A stretch of DNA of 64,000 nt. Source: Patellaria atrata CBS 101060. Its lineage: Eukaryota. Under the pieces are notes generated by a model, which had not been told where the DNA came from, searched no databases, and saw nothing but the letters and a program-made list of their open reading frames with translations. Positions 10,617 to 23,395 of this stretch are shown here, piece by piece; within the stretch, counting starts at the first letter, position 1; the number at the start of each line of letters is the position of its first letter. Location of the stretch: NCBI GenBank assembly GCA_010093705.1, contig MU006099.1, forward strand, positions 744,001 through 808,000. Direction: 5' to 3'. A program made the position numbers and the translations under genes.

Positions 10617-13600
10617 CTAAGTCTTCTCGGTGGGACTGTCGAGGATACTCTGGAGTTGAGAGAGACTCTCTCTCATCCTGAATCACCAAGTCAGGATATT
10701 GCTGGACAGTAAAAGAGGAGATACAATACTCACTTTGCGGTATCGAGGAACGCGTCCTCGTTCATCTCGCTCAGCTGAGCGATCATTGGTTGCATGCCGC
10801 TAATCTACGGATAAAAGTCAATAACGAGGTTTCTGGTACAACTGTGATGGAGTCGATGCGATAATGATATGTACTAGGAAGGAGTTGTCTGACCTACAGT
10901 TGCGGCGAGCGGGGCGGTAGATGTCGAGCCAGGCTCGGTGGCCTGCTCTTTGGTGGCCTCGAGACGCTGCTGGAGAACTTTGTTTTCAATTAAAAGGTTC
11001 TCGTACGCCTCCTTGACCTGGGTCAACTTGCCCATGAGCTCACTCACATCGACTCCAGGAGTCTTTGGTCTCTGCGATTGCTCTAGCTCGCTGTACGATG
11101 TTTTAAGCTCCTTGTAACGAGCTTCAGAGGCCTCCAACTGGGATTTCAAGGACACAATGGATGCTGCTGATTCGGCCGCTTTGGCCTGTACGGATTCCAG
11201 ATCCCTCGCCATGACCTGGGCCTTGTCGCTAAGCTCATCGATTTGAGCTTGTTTCGAGTTTTCGTACGCGCCGAGCATCGCTTCATGCTCTTTCTTCAGT
11301 TTCTCTAGGGCCTCACTATGACTGGCTGCGATACGATCCATCTCTTTCCGGTGGGATTGTTCCAGTACATCCTTAGATGTACCTCCCTCCTTCACTAGGT
11401 GCTCCAGCGACTCAGCTCTTATCCGCAAACCGACACATTCGTCGTTGCGGGTGGCTAGTTCTTCTCGCACTGCCTGGAACTCGGCTTGCGTACGTGCCGA
11501 AGTCTCCTTTTCATCTTTCAGAGCGTCTTTCATCTCTTTAAGCGCTGAGTCTAGTTCCTTAATCTTACTTTCGGACGATGTCTTCTCTGCGGATTTAGCA
11601 TGCGTCACCTCTTTCATAGATGCTTGCAGCTCTGTTACGACATGCTGATTGTGGAGCAAGTCCTTCCGTGTCTGCTCCAATGTGGCCCGCGTCCCAGTGA
11701 GCTCCTCTGATAGTTTGAGTTCAGCTTGCTCCGCATGTTTCTTCAATGCATCGAGCTCAGCCTCCTTGGCCGATACTGCACGTTCTAAGCCAGAAATCTT
11801 TTTCGCGAGGGATTCATTTTGAGCATTTGTTGCCGCAATTGAGTGCTGAATGTCAGCATTTTCAGAACACTTGGAAGCCAGTTCAGTCTCGAGCTCGTCT
11901 AGCTGGCTTCGGAATGCATCAATCTGTTGGTCGTACTCTCCCATATGGTTAGCGCTATGGCCTTGGATATGGAGACAATAACTTACTGGACTTTGCACTT
12001 TCAGCCTGAGCTTGTAGCCCCTTCAATTCCTGCATGAGAGCGTCATTTTCCTCACCAAGAGTACCCATCTTACTGCTGTTTTCCTTAAGCTTTGACTCCG
12101 AATGTGCGATAGCTTTTTCCTTCGTCTCAAGATCAGACCGAAGACGTTCAAGCTCTTCCCGAAAAGAAGTTTTATCTTCAAGCTCTGTCTTATAGTCTAC
12201 TTCACGTTCCTGAAATTCTTGTACTTGCCGGCTTAGGTCTTGCAAAGTGGCCTCCTTTTCGCAACGATTATCTTCTGAACGCTTGAGCTCTGTCTGCAGG
12301 CTCTCAATGGTTTGTCGGGCCTCGACTTGCTTCTCCTCTAAACGCTTGACTTCGCTCTGCAGGGAATTCTTAGACTCTTCAAGAAGGCGTAAGGAATCTT
12401 GGTGTTCGACACTCCTCTCTTCCACTTGTTTTTTATGAGATGATTTCGCACTTTCAAGAAGTTGTAGGGTCTCTTCGTGTTTAGTCTTGCCCTCTTGGAG
12501 ACCCTTTTCAAGGGTGGACTTTGCCTCTTGTAATTTCTTGAGGGCAGATTGACTCTCCGCACGCTCCTGTTCAACGTCCCTTTGAAGAGTGGCCTTCGTT
12601 TCCTCAAATTGTTTTATTTTAGCTTGATTCTCTGCACGTTCTTTTTCGAGGACCTTCTCTAAGGCAGATTTCGCTTCCTCGAACAATCTAAGGGAAGCTT
12701 GACTTTCGGCGCGCTCCTGTTCAAGTACTTTCTCCAGGTCCGATTTCACCTCCTCCCGTTGTGTCATGGAAGCTTGATGCGCTGCACGCTCTTCTTTAAG
12801 GGCTTTCTCAATAGTAGACTTCCCTTCTTGTAAGCTTTTGATGGTATCTTGATGCTCGCTACGTTCTAGATCGAGTGTATTCTCGAGCGCGATCTTCGAT
12901 TCTTCTAATTGTTTGGTAGAAGCTTGATGATCCGTACGCTCTTGTTCAAGGCTCTTCTCGAGGACTGACTTCGATTCTTCTAACTGCTTGACCGAGGATC
13001 CTCGTTCTGCGCGTTCCTTTTCAAGAGAGCTCTTGAGCTCCTCAAGTTCCGTGAGCGTATCAGCTTGGTTGGAACGTTCTTTGTCTAGTTGAGCTTGAAG
13101 AGTTGACAGCTTTTCTTCGACTTCCAGAAGCTGCTTTTCCACAACAGCCTTGCCGTCCTTCAGTTCCTTCACGAGTCCTCGGTCTTTGGAACTTGCCTGG
13201 TCTTGTTCAGCTTGAAGGGTTGTTAATTTTGTCTCAGCTTCTAGGAGATGCTTTTCTACGGTAACTTTTCCGTCCTCAAGTCTCCTGACAGTATCAGCTC
13301 GGTCAGAACGTTCCTTGTCTAGTTCAGCTTGGAGGTTTGACGATCTTGCTTCAGCATCTAGAAGTTGCTTTTCTACAGCAGCCTTCCTGTCCTCAAGATC
13401 CTTGACGATTCCCTGGTCTTGAACGCTCGTATCAGTTAATTGTTTTTCCAGGGATGACTTCGCGTCCACTGCTTCTTGAGCCTTAGCACGTTCCTTTTCA
13501 AGTTGTTTCTCGAGGTACGCGTTACTCTGTTCGAGCTCGTTGATCGTTTTCTGAAGTTCTTCGCGCCTGTTAGATTCTTCTAATAAGTGTTTAACAACTT

Positions 13601-14559
13601 CGTCGGCCTGTTGCTGTTTCTTTGCTTGGTCCTCGGTATGGCCAGATGTCGAAGAGCTAGATATATTATCGGAAGGGTTACCCAGTCCAAGAGTCTCAAC
13701 GGCTTGTGCAAGATCGCGGGCCTTCTTACCGACGTCTTCGTCCGAAGTAGCCGGTTGCTTTCCTGTTGCTTTGGCGCTGTTCGAAAAGTCAGTGAACAGC
13801 TTAGATATGCGAAAAATCAAGATAACCTTACCTTTTATCTGCTAGTTTTGAAGTGGAGGGTAGTGATGATGGCTTTTTGGGTGGTCCCATATAACCCCTA
13901 ACAGCTGAGGTGGTGGTGGGAGCCTTAGACTGCACCGAGAGACCTGGGTTCAGGGAAATTCAGTACGTGAAACTTCAAAATGAGAGTACGAGGCAAAACA
14001 TACGCGAACTTGCAGATGCCCGTGGAGTAGCCTTTGCCGTCGGGTCGGCGATTGATTTGTTCGATGCTAATGGTCGTTTTATGGTGGTTGTAGAAGAAGA
14101 CGGTGTGATGGTTGAACGGCGTTCACTCGTGGATGCTGAGCCGAGCTTCGAAGGTGAAGCTTTGGTAGCCCCGATATTTGAAGTCCTCTTCGTTGCTGTG
14201 CTCGCTGTGCTTCTCTTCTCGTCCCCCGATTGAGCTGAAAGCCCTTCACCGTCAGATATGCTTTTAGAGGTAGCAGAAGTAAGTGGCCGGCGTGTTGATG
14301 AAGTGACGGATGGCCGTGTTGGTGGTTTGTTCAAGCTATTGCCCGTAGTAGCCCGAGATGATAGGGTCCCCGTTGCGGGCTTCGACGACGCACTCGACGC
14401 ACTCGACGCGACACCTCGTTTCCCCGCTGCCGAGGAAGGAGTACTAAGAGGCCGCTTTACAGCAGATGATGATGTGAGAGTCTTCTTTACTTTAGGAGAT
14501 ACTGGAGCCACACCATTCTCAGCACCCGTAGGAGGAGCTTCTTCAGGAGCTTCCGCCAT
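10617..14559 (-). CDS. Large coiled-coil protein with basic S/T-rich N-terminus (about 6 exons)
   Basis: ORFs 13975-14559, 11955-13820 and 10874-11998 are joined by introns at 14003-13944, 13831-13777 and 11986-~11938. Two small 3' exons (ISGMQPMIAQLSEMNEDAF.., MRESLSQLQSILDSPTEKT) end at TAG 10619-10617. The body is E/K/L/Q heptad-rich. Confidence 0.8.
12393..13406 (-). repeat. Coding tandem repeats: 3 x 117 bp (39 aa) and 8 x 75 bp (25 aa)
   Basis: 39-aa units begin VKDLEDRK/VRRLEDGK/VKELKDGK (13406-13056). 25-aa units begin VKQLEESK/TKQLEESK/IKSLQEGK/MTQREEVK/LRLFEEAK/IKQFEETK/LKKLQEAK/LQLLESAK (12992-12393). Confidence 0.85.
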
Positions 14560-16821
14560 ACTGGCACCTAGGAAACGAGTGAATAGTATGGGAGGAGGAG
14601 AGTGTATGGAAGATCACCACAATTTGCTACAACGCTGACTGGGAACAATTGCAGTAGGACTTGATGCAATAGCTCAGAAGTGGCACCGTCAGATGTAGTG
14701 TCGATTGGGAAGAAATAACAACGGCCAGAGCTTTGAGTGGAACAGAAAACCTCACCCATCCGCGCTACTGAAGATGCAGGGACGTTCTGGGACGCACGTT
14801 CCCGCTAGAATTAGAATCACCGCGTGCTTAGTCCTACTTGAGATCAGTTTGCAACATCAATTCATCAATTATTTTGCTCTGTGGAAGGGAGAAGATGGGA
14901 CGGAACAGCCGGACCTGTCGCGCCATTACTCTTTCTTGTTCTCCCGACTATCAACCAACATGATATCCCCTCGCGGTGCTATGAAGTGTGCTTTCAAGGA
15001 CCGTCTCGGGTCGCACGTCGATGTGGCTGTTGGCTACGAGCTTTGACAGTGGATGTGGCTCAAATGATCAGCGATCAGAAAGAACAGCCGGGCAGCCCTG
15101 GGTCAAGTCCTGCCAGGCTCCTAGGTCCGAGTTCATGACCACAATAAGGTAATGACCATAACGACCTCTCTGGATCTCACACCTGTCAATTCTACAAGTC
15201 AATCATGCCTACATGCACTCATCGTGAGCTCCGGACACAGGGAACAGGTTGGGTGTGACCACAAGCTGCAGGGCGAGACCGGACTACATGCGAAGTATGG
15301 CATCGTCCAGTCTCTGACTCTTGTCGCGGATAGCCATCTACTCATACTACCAGAAAGTCAGACGAGACTCGATGACTATCTACGGTAATGACATCAAGAG
15401 TCCAAGTCAGCAACGACAAGTATATCGTAGAGGACGCCTTTCCCTTGAATCAAAGCATTGGAAATGTAGCGGGCAAGTGCGAGAAGAGGGAACGCAGCGA
15501 CTCGAAACGGTTCTACAGGTCTGAATGACAACTCAACTACTCCAAAGCTTCCACTCTTACCTTCTAGGTCTCAACTGCATGTAACACCTGTCACTTACCT
15601 TACTTACGCCAAATATCTAGAGGACAGCGGTGATCTACCTCAGCGACGTCCTCATTCCAAGCGCACTTTCCAGCCTATAGCCCTCCACAACATCCTCGGA
15701 GATTCGCCCTAGCCTAGAATAAAGTACGATCCCCATTCCATAATAAGATACAAACCTTCTATCTCACGAAAGCGTACAAAAAGTCGGTCTGATCTACAAC
15801 CTGCACCCCCAGCATGAAGCAGCCACGGTGCCCTCCACGCTCTTCGCTACATGTGTGTCGGTGAAAGATGCTCTAACCTCAGAATATCCATATGAAAGGG
15901 AGATAATACTACACGAGAGCGTCAGATCTTTGTGTTTGCTTATAGCGTGGGAATACTGGCTGTTATGAAGGAACACAGCAGTTAGAACAGACGGTTGCAC
16001 TTGCCGGAATTCAAGGGGTTAGAAACACAACTGAAAGGAACTTCCTTAGTTTGGTCTTTGCTACACATAGTAAAGGAATAATACAAAAAGATGAAGGTAA
16101 TTAGGAACAGTTAGAACTGTGACTATTGCTTCAGGTACGTCTTTCTATACGAAAAGGTTGGATATAACAAGGTGACTATACGAGGAGTTAGATCCTCTGC
16201 TAAACTACTTTGACTAATAGACTTTATATTCCAGATAGTTTACCTCAGTGCTTACCTTTTTCACGAAGCATTACCTCACATCATGTAGTATCTAAAACGA
16301 TATCCTCCTGCTGCAACATCCTACACTATGACTCTTTACTGTGGACGAAGCCCTCGATTCTCGCAGCGATATGCACACCTCGCGTAGAGCGGCTAGATCC
16401 TGATCTCTTCCTATCCCCCTCACACCAACAATCCCTACCATATCACAAGGATGTATAGCAATATGAAAGGTCTGGTTTTGCTGTGAGGTGCAGCGTCTCA
16501 TACTTTTAATATCATTTTTCACCCCGTGGATCATGCAAGCCGAGTCGGCAGCATCGAAGGCTGATTTGTCCTGTTGAATACTACATCGTTTAGTTATATC
16601 TCTCGTCTTCTCATTTGTCGATCGCTTCTATCCCTGCAAGCGAAGTTGCATCGTCCGTACCATTAGTGCCACATGAAAAGCAAAGTCTAGCTTTGTACAG
16701 ATATAGGTTATAGGTTATAGGTATAGTACAAATACCCACAAGTGTCAAGAAAGATTTAATATACAATAGTAGAGTTCCTCTATATCGAAAGTTCTACTTT
16801 CCATTTTTTTTCTCATTAATA

Positions 16822-18760
16822 ATGTACATCTCCCTTCCCCTTCTGATCAGCCTTCTCGCCTTCGCACTCTTGCTCTACAATCGCATTACAACCTATTTAC
16901 GCCTTTCCCATATTCCCGGCCCTCCTCTAGCACCATGGACCCGTCTCTATCACATCCATCTCAATATCGGCGGTCGCCTACACGCCGCCTGTCACGACAT
17001 TAGCCGCAAATATGGTTCTATCGCACGTATCGGACCGCGCCATGTGCTAACCTGCGACCCAGATGTACTCCGTCGGATGAATGCGCCGCGATCACCATAC
17101 AGGCGGTCGCATTGGTATAGGGCACTGCGCTTCAAACCGCGCGTTGACAACATGTTCAGTACCAAAGACGAAACCCGGCACATGGAACTACGAAAAACCA
17201 TGGCGTTCGGATACTCAGGGAAAGAAAACGCCAAATTGGAAGAGGGCATCGAAGCCGGTATTGCGGATTTTGTAGAACTAATCGAGACGAAATATGTGAG
17301 TGGCAGGGGGGAGTGCAAAGTTATGGACTTGGCGGAGAAGGCGCAGTTCTGGAGTATGGATACTATGGGACGGCTGGCGTTTGGGGAGGGGTTGGGTCAT
17401 TGTAGGGGAGATGCGGATGTTTATGGGTTTATGAAGGCTGTAGAGCAGAGTGTGCCGGTAATGTGAGTGTCCGTTTTGGAATCAAACTTTCTTTGGCCTG
17501 GTCTTATGGCTCTGTAGGATGTTCTTCAGTTCACTCCCTGAGCTTCATGGGTTGTTGGAGAAAACGCGGGTTGTTGATATGTTGGCACCGACTAAGAAGG
17601 ATGAGGCGGGAATGGGTAGAATTATACGGATCGTGGAAGAGAGGGTTGCGGAAAGATTCGGACATGAGAAGAAAGATGTCCGAGATATGTTGGGCTCGTT
17701 CGTAAGTCATGGTCTCAAGCAAGAGGAGGCCGAGTCGGAAGCTATAATACTAGCGTATGCTTTCAACCATATCATCTACTGCATCACATTTGCTAATATT
17801 GTACAGATTGGCTGGATCAGACACAACCGCAACAACCCTCCGCGCAACGATGCTCCATCTCATCAATAACCCACCTACTATGACAAAACTATACAGTGAA
17901 ATCGATAAAGCTATCCGCGAGGGAACAATATCTTCACCAGCCAAAGAATCAGAAACCCGTCAGCTCCCGTACCTCAACGCAGTGATCAAAGAGGGCCTCA
18001 GAATCTGGCCCCCAGCAATCGGACTGATTGAAAAAGTGGTCCCACCCGGCGGTGATACTATAAAAGGGCTCTTTCTTCCGGAGGGGACGCTCGTCGGATA
18101 CAGTGGCTTTGCCGTTCAACGTGATCCCACCGTATTCGGAGAAGACGCAGAGCTCTTCCGCCCAGACAGGTGGCTCGAAACTTCGCCTGAGGACCTAAAG
18201 AAGATGGAATATAGTAACGATTTGGTGTTTGGGTCAGGCAGATTCGAGTGTTTGGGGAAGAAGGTCGCGCTTGTTGAACTGCAGAAGGTGTTTGTCGAGG
18301 TAAGTTTAAGATTTTCACTTACTTGCCGCATGATTAGACCATTATGTTGTCGTTCTGGTATCACTTTCTGCCGTCACGGTTGGCATTTCTCGACCTCTGT
18401 AAGTTTGCAAAACACCTACTTTGCAGACTCTTCTGCAGTGTCAACCACTCTCGGTCGTCTATACGGTCAAATCCTTTGTACGATATTGCGTCATTCGCGC
18501 ATTTGCCATATTGTTGTACAGAGTGGTTTGAGGGTATTTTGAGACCGAGCTTACAACAGGCGAGGAATGCCACAACCAACGGAGGAAGATAAAACAAGGC
18601 CGGATATTAAGAAGTTTATTTCAACTGACGATATCCCTAGCTCTTCCGTAGATATGACTTCGCCATCGTGAACCCGCAGAAACCATGGAAATCGTCAAAT
18701 TACGGGATATTTATGCAGCATGATATGGGTGTTAGGGTATCGCATCGCGTGGATGTCTAG
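16822..18760 (+). CDS. Cytochrome P450 (pisatin demethylase-like), 4 exons
   Basis: N-terminal membrane anchor plus IPGP, I-helix AGSDTT, ExxR (EGLR), FRPDRW and heme motif FGSGRFECLG. Introns 17463-17517, 17755-17806 and 18300-18640. Last exon LFRRYDF..RVDV-TAG. Confidence 0.93.
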
Positions 18761-19508
18761 TATGCTGAAGAGTTCTCGTATATACCCTTAATATCATGAT
18801 CAACATATGTGGTACCTACATACAAGTGGTGACTTATTCCGCACATTACCAGTTAATATGGTCCTTAAAAATCCTGACGTATTCGACAAGCACTGTTTAC
18901 ACTGAATGCTCGATAGAGCGTCCTTTTGGGCATGAGGACTCGATGAATGGTGAAGGGAAAAATGCGAAATCCACAGGTATACATTGCACCGTGGCTTTCT
19001 CCTTCCCTCGGACCGTTCTTAATCTTCGGCCCGTCCCGTAAGCTTGACACATAAGGTACCGTAGCCTGGATCTCGAATAAGTTCCTACCTTACCTTACCC
19101 GACCTTTCGAGTAACTGCAGCCATGAAGTTCGTAAGCACGGAAGCGGCTATACCTTACTTTCTATGTCGTATTTGTCGTGTTCCCAAGACTCTTGGACCT
19201 CTTGCTAGTTTGTTTGACTCATCTGGTACAGTACGTTGCTGTTTTAGGACACCGCAACTGGCGGAGTGAGGAAGCTCGATCTAGTAAACGGCATAAAGTA
19301 CGGATGCGTACAACTAGAGTCCGATATCTGAAGATTAATAAGAGATCAATTGTATGAACTGTTCAGAAAACATTACCCTTAGATCTATAAATTTCTGGAC
19401 CTAAAAACATAGAGAATTGCGTTTTCCTACTTGGTTTCTACACCTCGGAAACTCGACTCTCAAAATAATTCGTGACAAAGATCCTCTCTATTTCGTTGAT
19501 ACTAAAAA

Positions 19509-22012
19509 ATGATTCGCCAAGGCAAAGAGCCCGCTATAAGTTCTTCCAACCAGGCTATCCTAACTGTGACCGCTCAACAATCTCGCTATGCAGCCGACGC
19601 TGTAGACGCGCCCGAATCAAAAGAGGTATGTTTGTTAACAAAATTAAGTCTATTCAAAAGTTCCAACTCACGGCCCTTATTTATCATAGACCTGTTTCTT
19701 TCCTTAACCCTTCCGTTGACCTGTTCTAGATCATAGTCAAAGATCTTTCCATCACGCTCGGGGATCGTGAGATCCTTTCTCACGCTCTCCTCAATCTGCA
19801 AGGGGGACGCCACTACGTTCTAGTTGGACGAAACGGAACGGGAAAATCAACACTACTCAAAGCGATTGCCGAAGGCCGCGTCCCTGGTATCCCGTGGAGC
19901 TTGCGGATCCTGCTATTAGGACATACACTTCAACCGGGGAATTTGGAGGACAGCCTTGAAACCTTAGGCTTGGGGAAGACGTCGGTGCTGGAGCACGTGG
20001 TTAAGAGTGATAAGAAGAGGGAGAGATTGTTAAAAGAGGCGGATGGTATGTCATCCCTGGGTAGTGGCCATTATATCTATAGTATACTTCTGACATTGTA
20101 ATAGCCCTCTCCAATGCGTTGGAGACCTCTACAGATTCTCTGGTTCCTGTACGGACATATAGAAAGATACAACATGCGCGACTTGAACGAAGACTTGAGG
20201 AAGCTAAACGGATAGCGGAAAGGAGAAGTGGAGCTAGGGGCAAAAATGCGAGGAAAGTCCAGATTACACTTGAAGAGGAGTTGGAGGTCTCTCAGTCTAA
20301 GTTGAGCATACTAATTGCTTTATGATAATAATATCACGCTAATATATCAAGACTCGAGGAAAACTTAGAGGAAATAGGGAGTGCACAGGTGAGCGAAGAT
20401 ACACAAGCTGCAGTTGAGATGCTTGCAGACATGCAATCATCGCTCCAATTGGTGAGTGGAATAAGAAATCGCAAACTTGACATTTACCCCGTACTGATCT
20501 AAGCGCTAGATGCACTCGTCGCAGGCAAGCTCGAAGGCGAGGATTGTACTGCTCGGTCTTGGCTTCCCAGAAGAATGGCTTAATAAGCCTATCAGTACAT
20601 TGTCTGGTGGCTGGACGACACGTTGCGATATTGCTTGCGCACTATACCAGCCGGCCGACGTTCTTCTGTTGGATGAGCCAACAAACTTCTTAGATCTCCC
20701 ATCCATCATTTGGCTTCAGGAGTACATTCGTACACTAAAATGTACAACCGTCGTCGTCACTCACGACCGTTCTTTTGCAGACGCTGTAGCAGAGGAACTG
20801 ATTGTCTTGCGAAATCTCGTCCTGGAGCCGTTCCGCGGGAACCTGTCACTATATGAGCGTGAGCGATACAAGAAAGCTCGGTACTTGACAAAGATGCGTG
20901 ATGCTCAGGATAAACAGAAAGACCACATGGAAAAGACAATTCAAAATAACATTAAAGTTGCAAAGCGTACCGGTGACGATAAGAAGCTCAAGCAGGCGGT
21001 GTCGCGACGAAAGAAACTGGATGACCGTATGGGGTTGCAAGTAAGCGCGAGGGGTGGACACTTCAAACTGAATCGGGACTTGACCGGTTATCATAGCACA
21101 ATGAGAGCAGAAATCGACATTCCAGATTTTGAACCTCCAGTCCGACTATCGTTTCCGATGACGCCTGTGGATTTGAGATTCCCAGGTTCTCTAGTATCTC
21201 TGGAAAAGGTATCTTATACTTATCCCGGAAAAAGCTCAAAGGTCATTCTTGATGAGGTTGACCTCACGATACACCCTCAGGAACGTGTGGGTCTCGTTGG
21301 ACTCAATGGTTCCGGTAAAACAACGCTGGTGACATTGCTCACTGGAAGCGACGAAGAAGGCCAGGGCGAAACGTTGAAGCCAACGAAAGGATTTGTACAA
21401 CGGCATTCGCGTGTTCGCATCGGTCGGTTCTCACAACGAGCAGTCGAGGAACTTGAGGTGGTTGCACAGTCTAATCCTGCCCTAACTGCTCTTGCTCATG
21501 TACTGTCCACCTGGTCTAGCAGTATGACGGAGAAGGATGCAAGGGGACTTCTAAGTTCACTTGGTCTGCAAGGCCAAATCGCGTCTGAGGTTTCCATCAG
21601 CATGCTCTCAAGAGGGCAGAAAGTTCGCGTTGCTCTCGCATGTCTTCTATGGAATCCACCTCACTTGCTTGTGTTGGACGAGGTCACGACACATCTCGAT
21701 TCAGACACGATCAATGCACTTGCTCAGGTACTTAAAAGATACGAAGGAGCTGTCTTGGTTGTTTCTCATGATCGATTCTTTGTGCATTGTGTGGTTGAGG
21801 GGTGCAAGCCTTCTAGATACTCTCGCGGTCCTATACACGAAATGGAAGATGAGGAAAGCAGTGAGGATTCAGAAGGGAAAGATCAAAAGACGTCGGGGAC
21901 GGTGTACAGACTGTTCAAAGGTAAGTTGATAGTACTTGATGGCGGAATGAAGCAGTACGAAGAAATTGCTGCAAAAGGAGCTGCCAAGTTGATGAAGAAC
22001 TCGCCACCGTGA
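19509..22012 (+). CDS. ABC-F (soluble, translation-associated) ATPase, 5 exons
   Basis: Two NBDs and no TM domain. NBD1 has GRNGTGKST, LSGGW, LLLDEPTNFLD and THDR. NBD2 has GLNGSGKTT, LSRGQ, LVLDEVTTHLD and SHDR. Introns 19626-19729, 20046-20104, 20301-20351 and 20452-20509 restore one frame. Confidence 0.92.
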
Positions 22013-23395
22013 ACATCTTTGCTTGTCTTGGAGTTCTAAGAAATCTTGTTCCTGGTATCGGAATGCGAACGGTCCGCTTTCCAATGGTATGTAAACGCTC
22101 TCCCGCTGGAGCACATGATAATTGAATCAATAGAAGATAAACATTTACTTTTATATTGATCTAACCAACTTAATCCCGGACTTCGTTTTAAGACGGGAGT
22201 CTGCTGAGTGAAGTAGTGTGTGCTTCAGCGAGTTAAAGAGGTCAAGGAATTAAGGAAAGGCTCGTTTAGCAGATGATGCTGGGGAGAGTAAATCAAAAGC
22301 TTCAACGGGATAAGAGAAGGGTGGACGATCAATTTAACTGAAAACGCCAAGCTACGGCTCCACAAGGGTCGGGTGGATCTGTGGGGAGAGACAGGGGCCT
22401 GACAGGGGCTGACCATTTATGGATAAATTGTTTTCCTGCAACCTCCATAACATATTTGATAACAACGTCCATTCGTCAGCTCTGCTCCAAAGTGCTTCAT
22501 GAAAGAGAATATTCGAGAAGATTGATGCCAAGGGCCTTCGACAGCGGTATCACCTGGGACTCGTTCAGATCAGCGACTGTATCACAACGATGCAAATGAA
22601 ATCTGTCAAACGAGTACGTACTGTAACCAGGGAAGAGATGTCATGACCGAGATCTTCTAGAAGGCGAATAGAAGCAGACGAAGGGCCAGTCTCTCGTGTC
22701 TCTACACTGTACTTGAGCAGATTCGTAGGAAAGTATCCACGTCGGGTGTTGATTGCGGGGAATTTACAGTTCATTAGCAGGGAGGTTTGTCTTCAACTAT
22801 GAACTAACTGCAAGGTACCTACTCTGACCCAATGGCAGTGCTCCTTCATGATGATCCAGTGGCCGCGTGAGTGCAGACTCTTCTCTCTTACGGATCTAGG
22901 CGCCGGTATACTTTGGTTGCTGGTAATTGTTTTCCCCGTACAAGAGAATAGCTAGGCAAAACTATCAATAACGAGTAGACGATGCATGTAGTCTAGGGTC
23001 CCAATGTCCCCCTCTTTCATATTGCATCGTCCTAGCATCCTATATGGCTTGAGCACAATAATTTCCGCAATCTGATTACGATTTGCAACGGTTCCGCAGC
23101 AAAATCTCGCTCGCCACTCGGAGGACCATATGACAGAAGCGCGATGTGGGGAAATCGAGTATGATGATATGGAGGACGCCAGGATCCTCATGCTCTCAGC
23201 CTCAATCTCTCTTCGGCCCTGCTTCCTAATGAGCCATCACGCGGCTCTGAAATGAATTGTTAGTCTGCTTCAACGGTCTCTTTCGTGTATGTAGTCTTGG
23301 GAAGAATAGAATATAAGAAGGCGGGTCCTAGGATTTCTCAGCTCCTGTCGACCACCAACCATACATTCATTCATAGTTGTATCTCTTTGGGCAAG

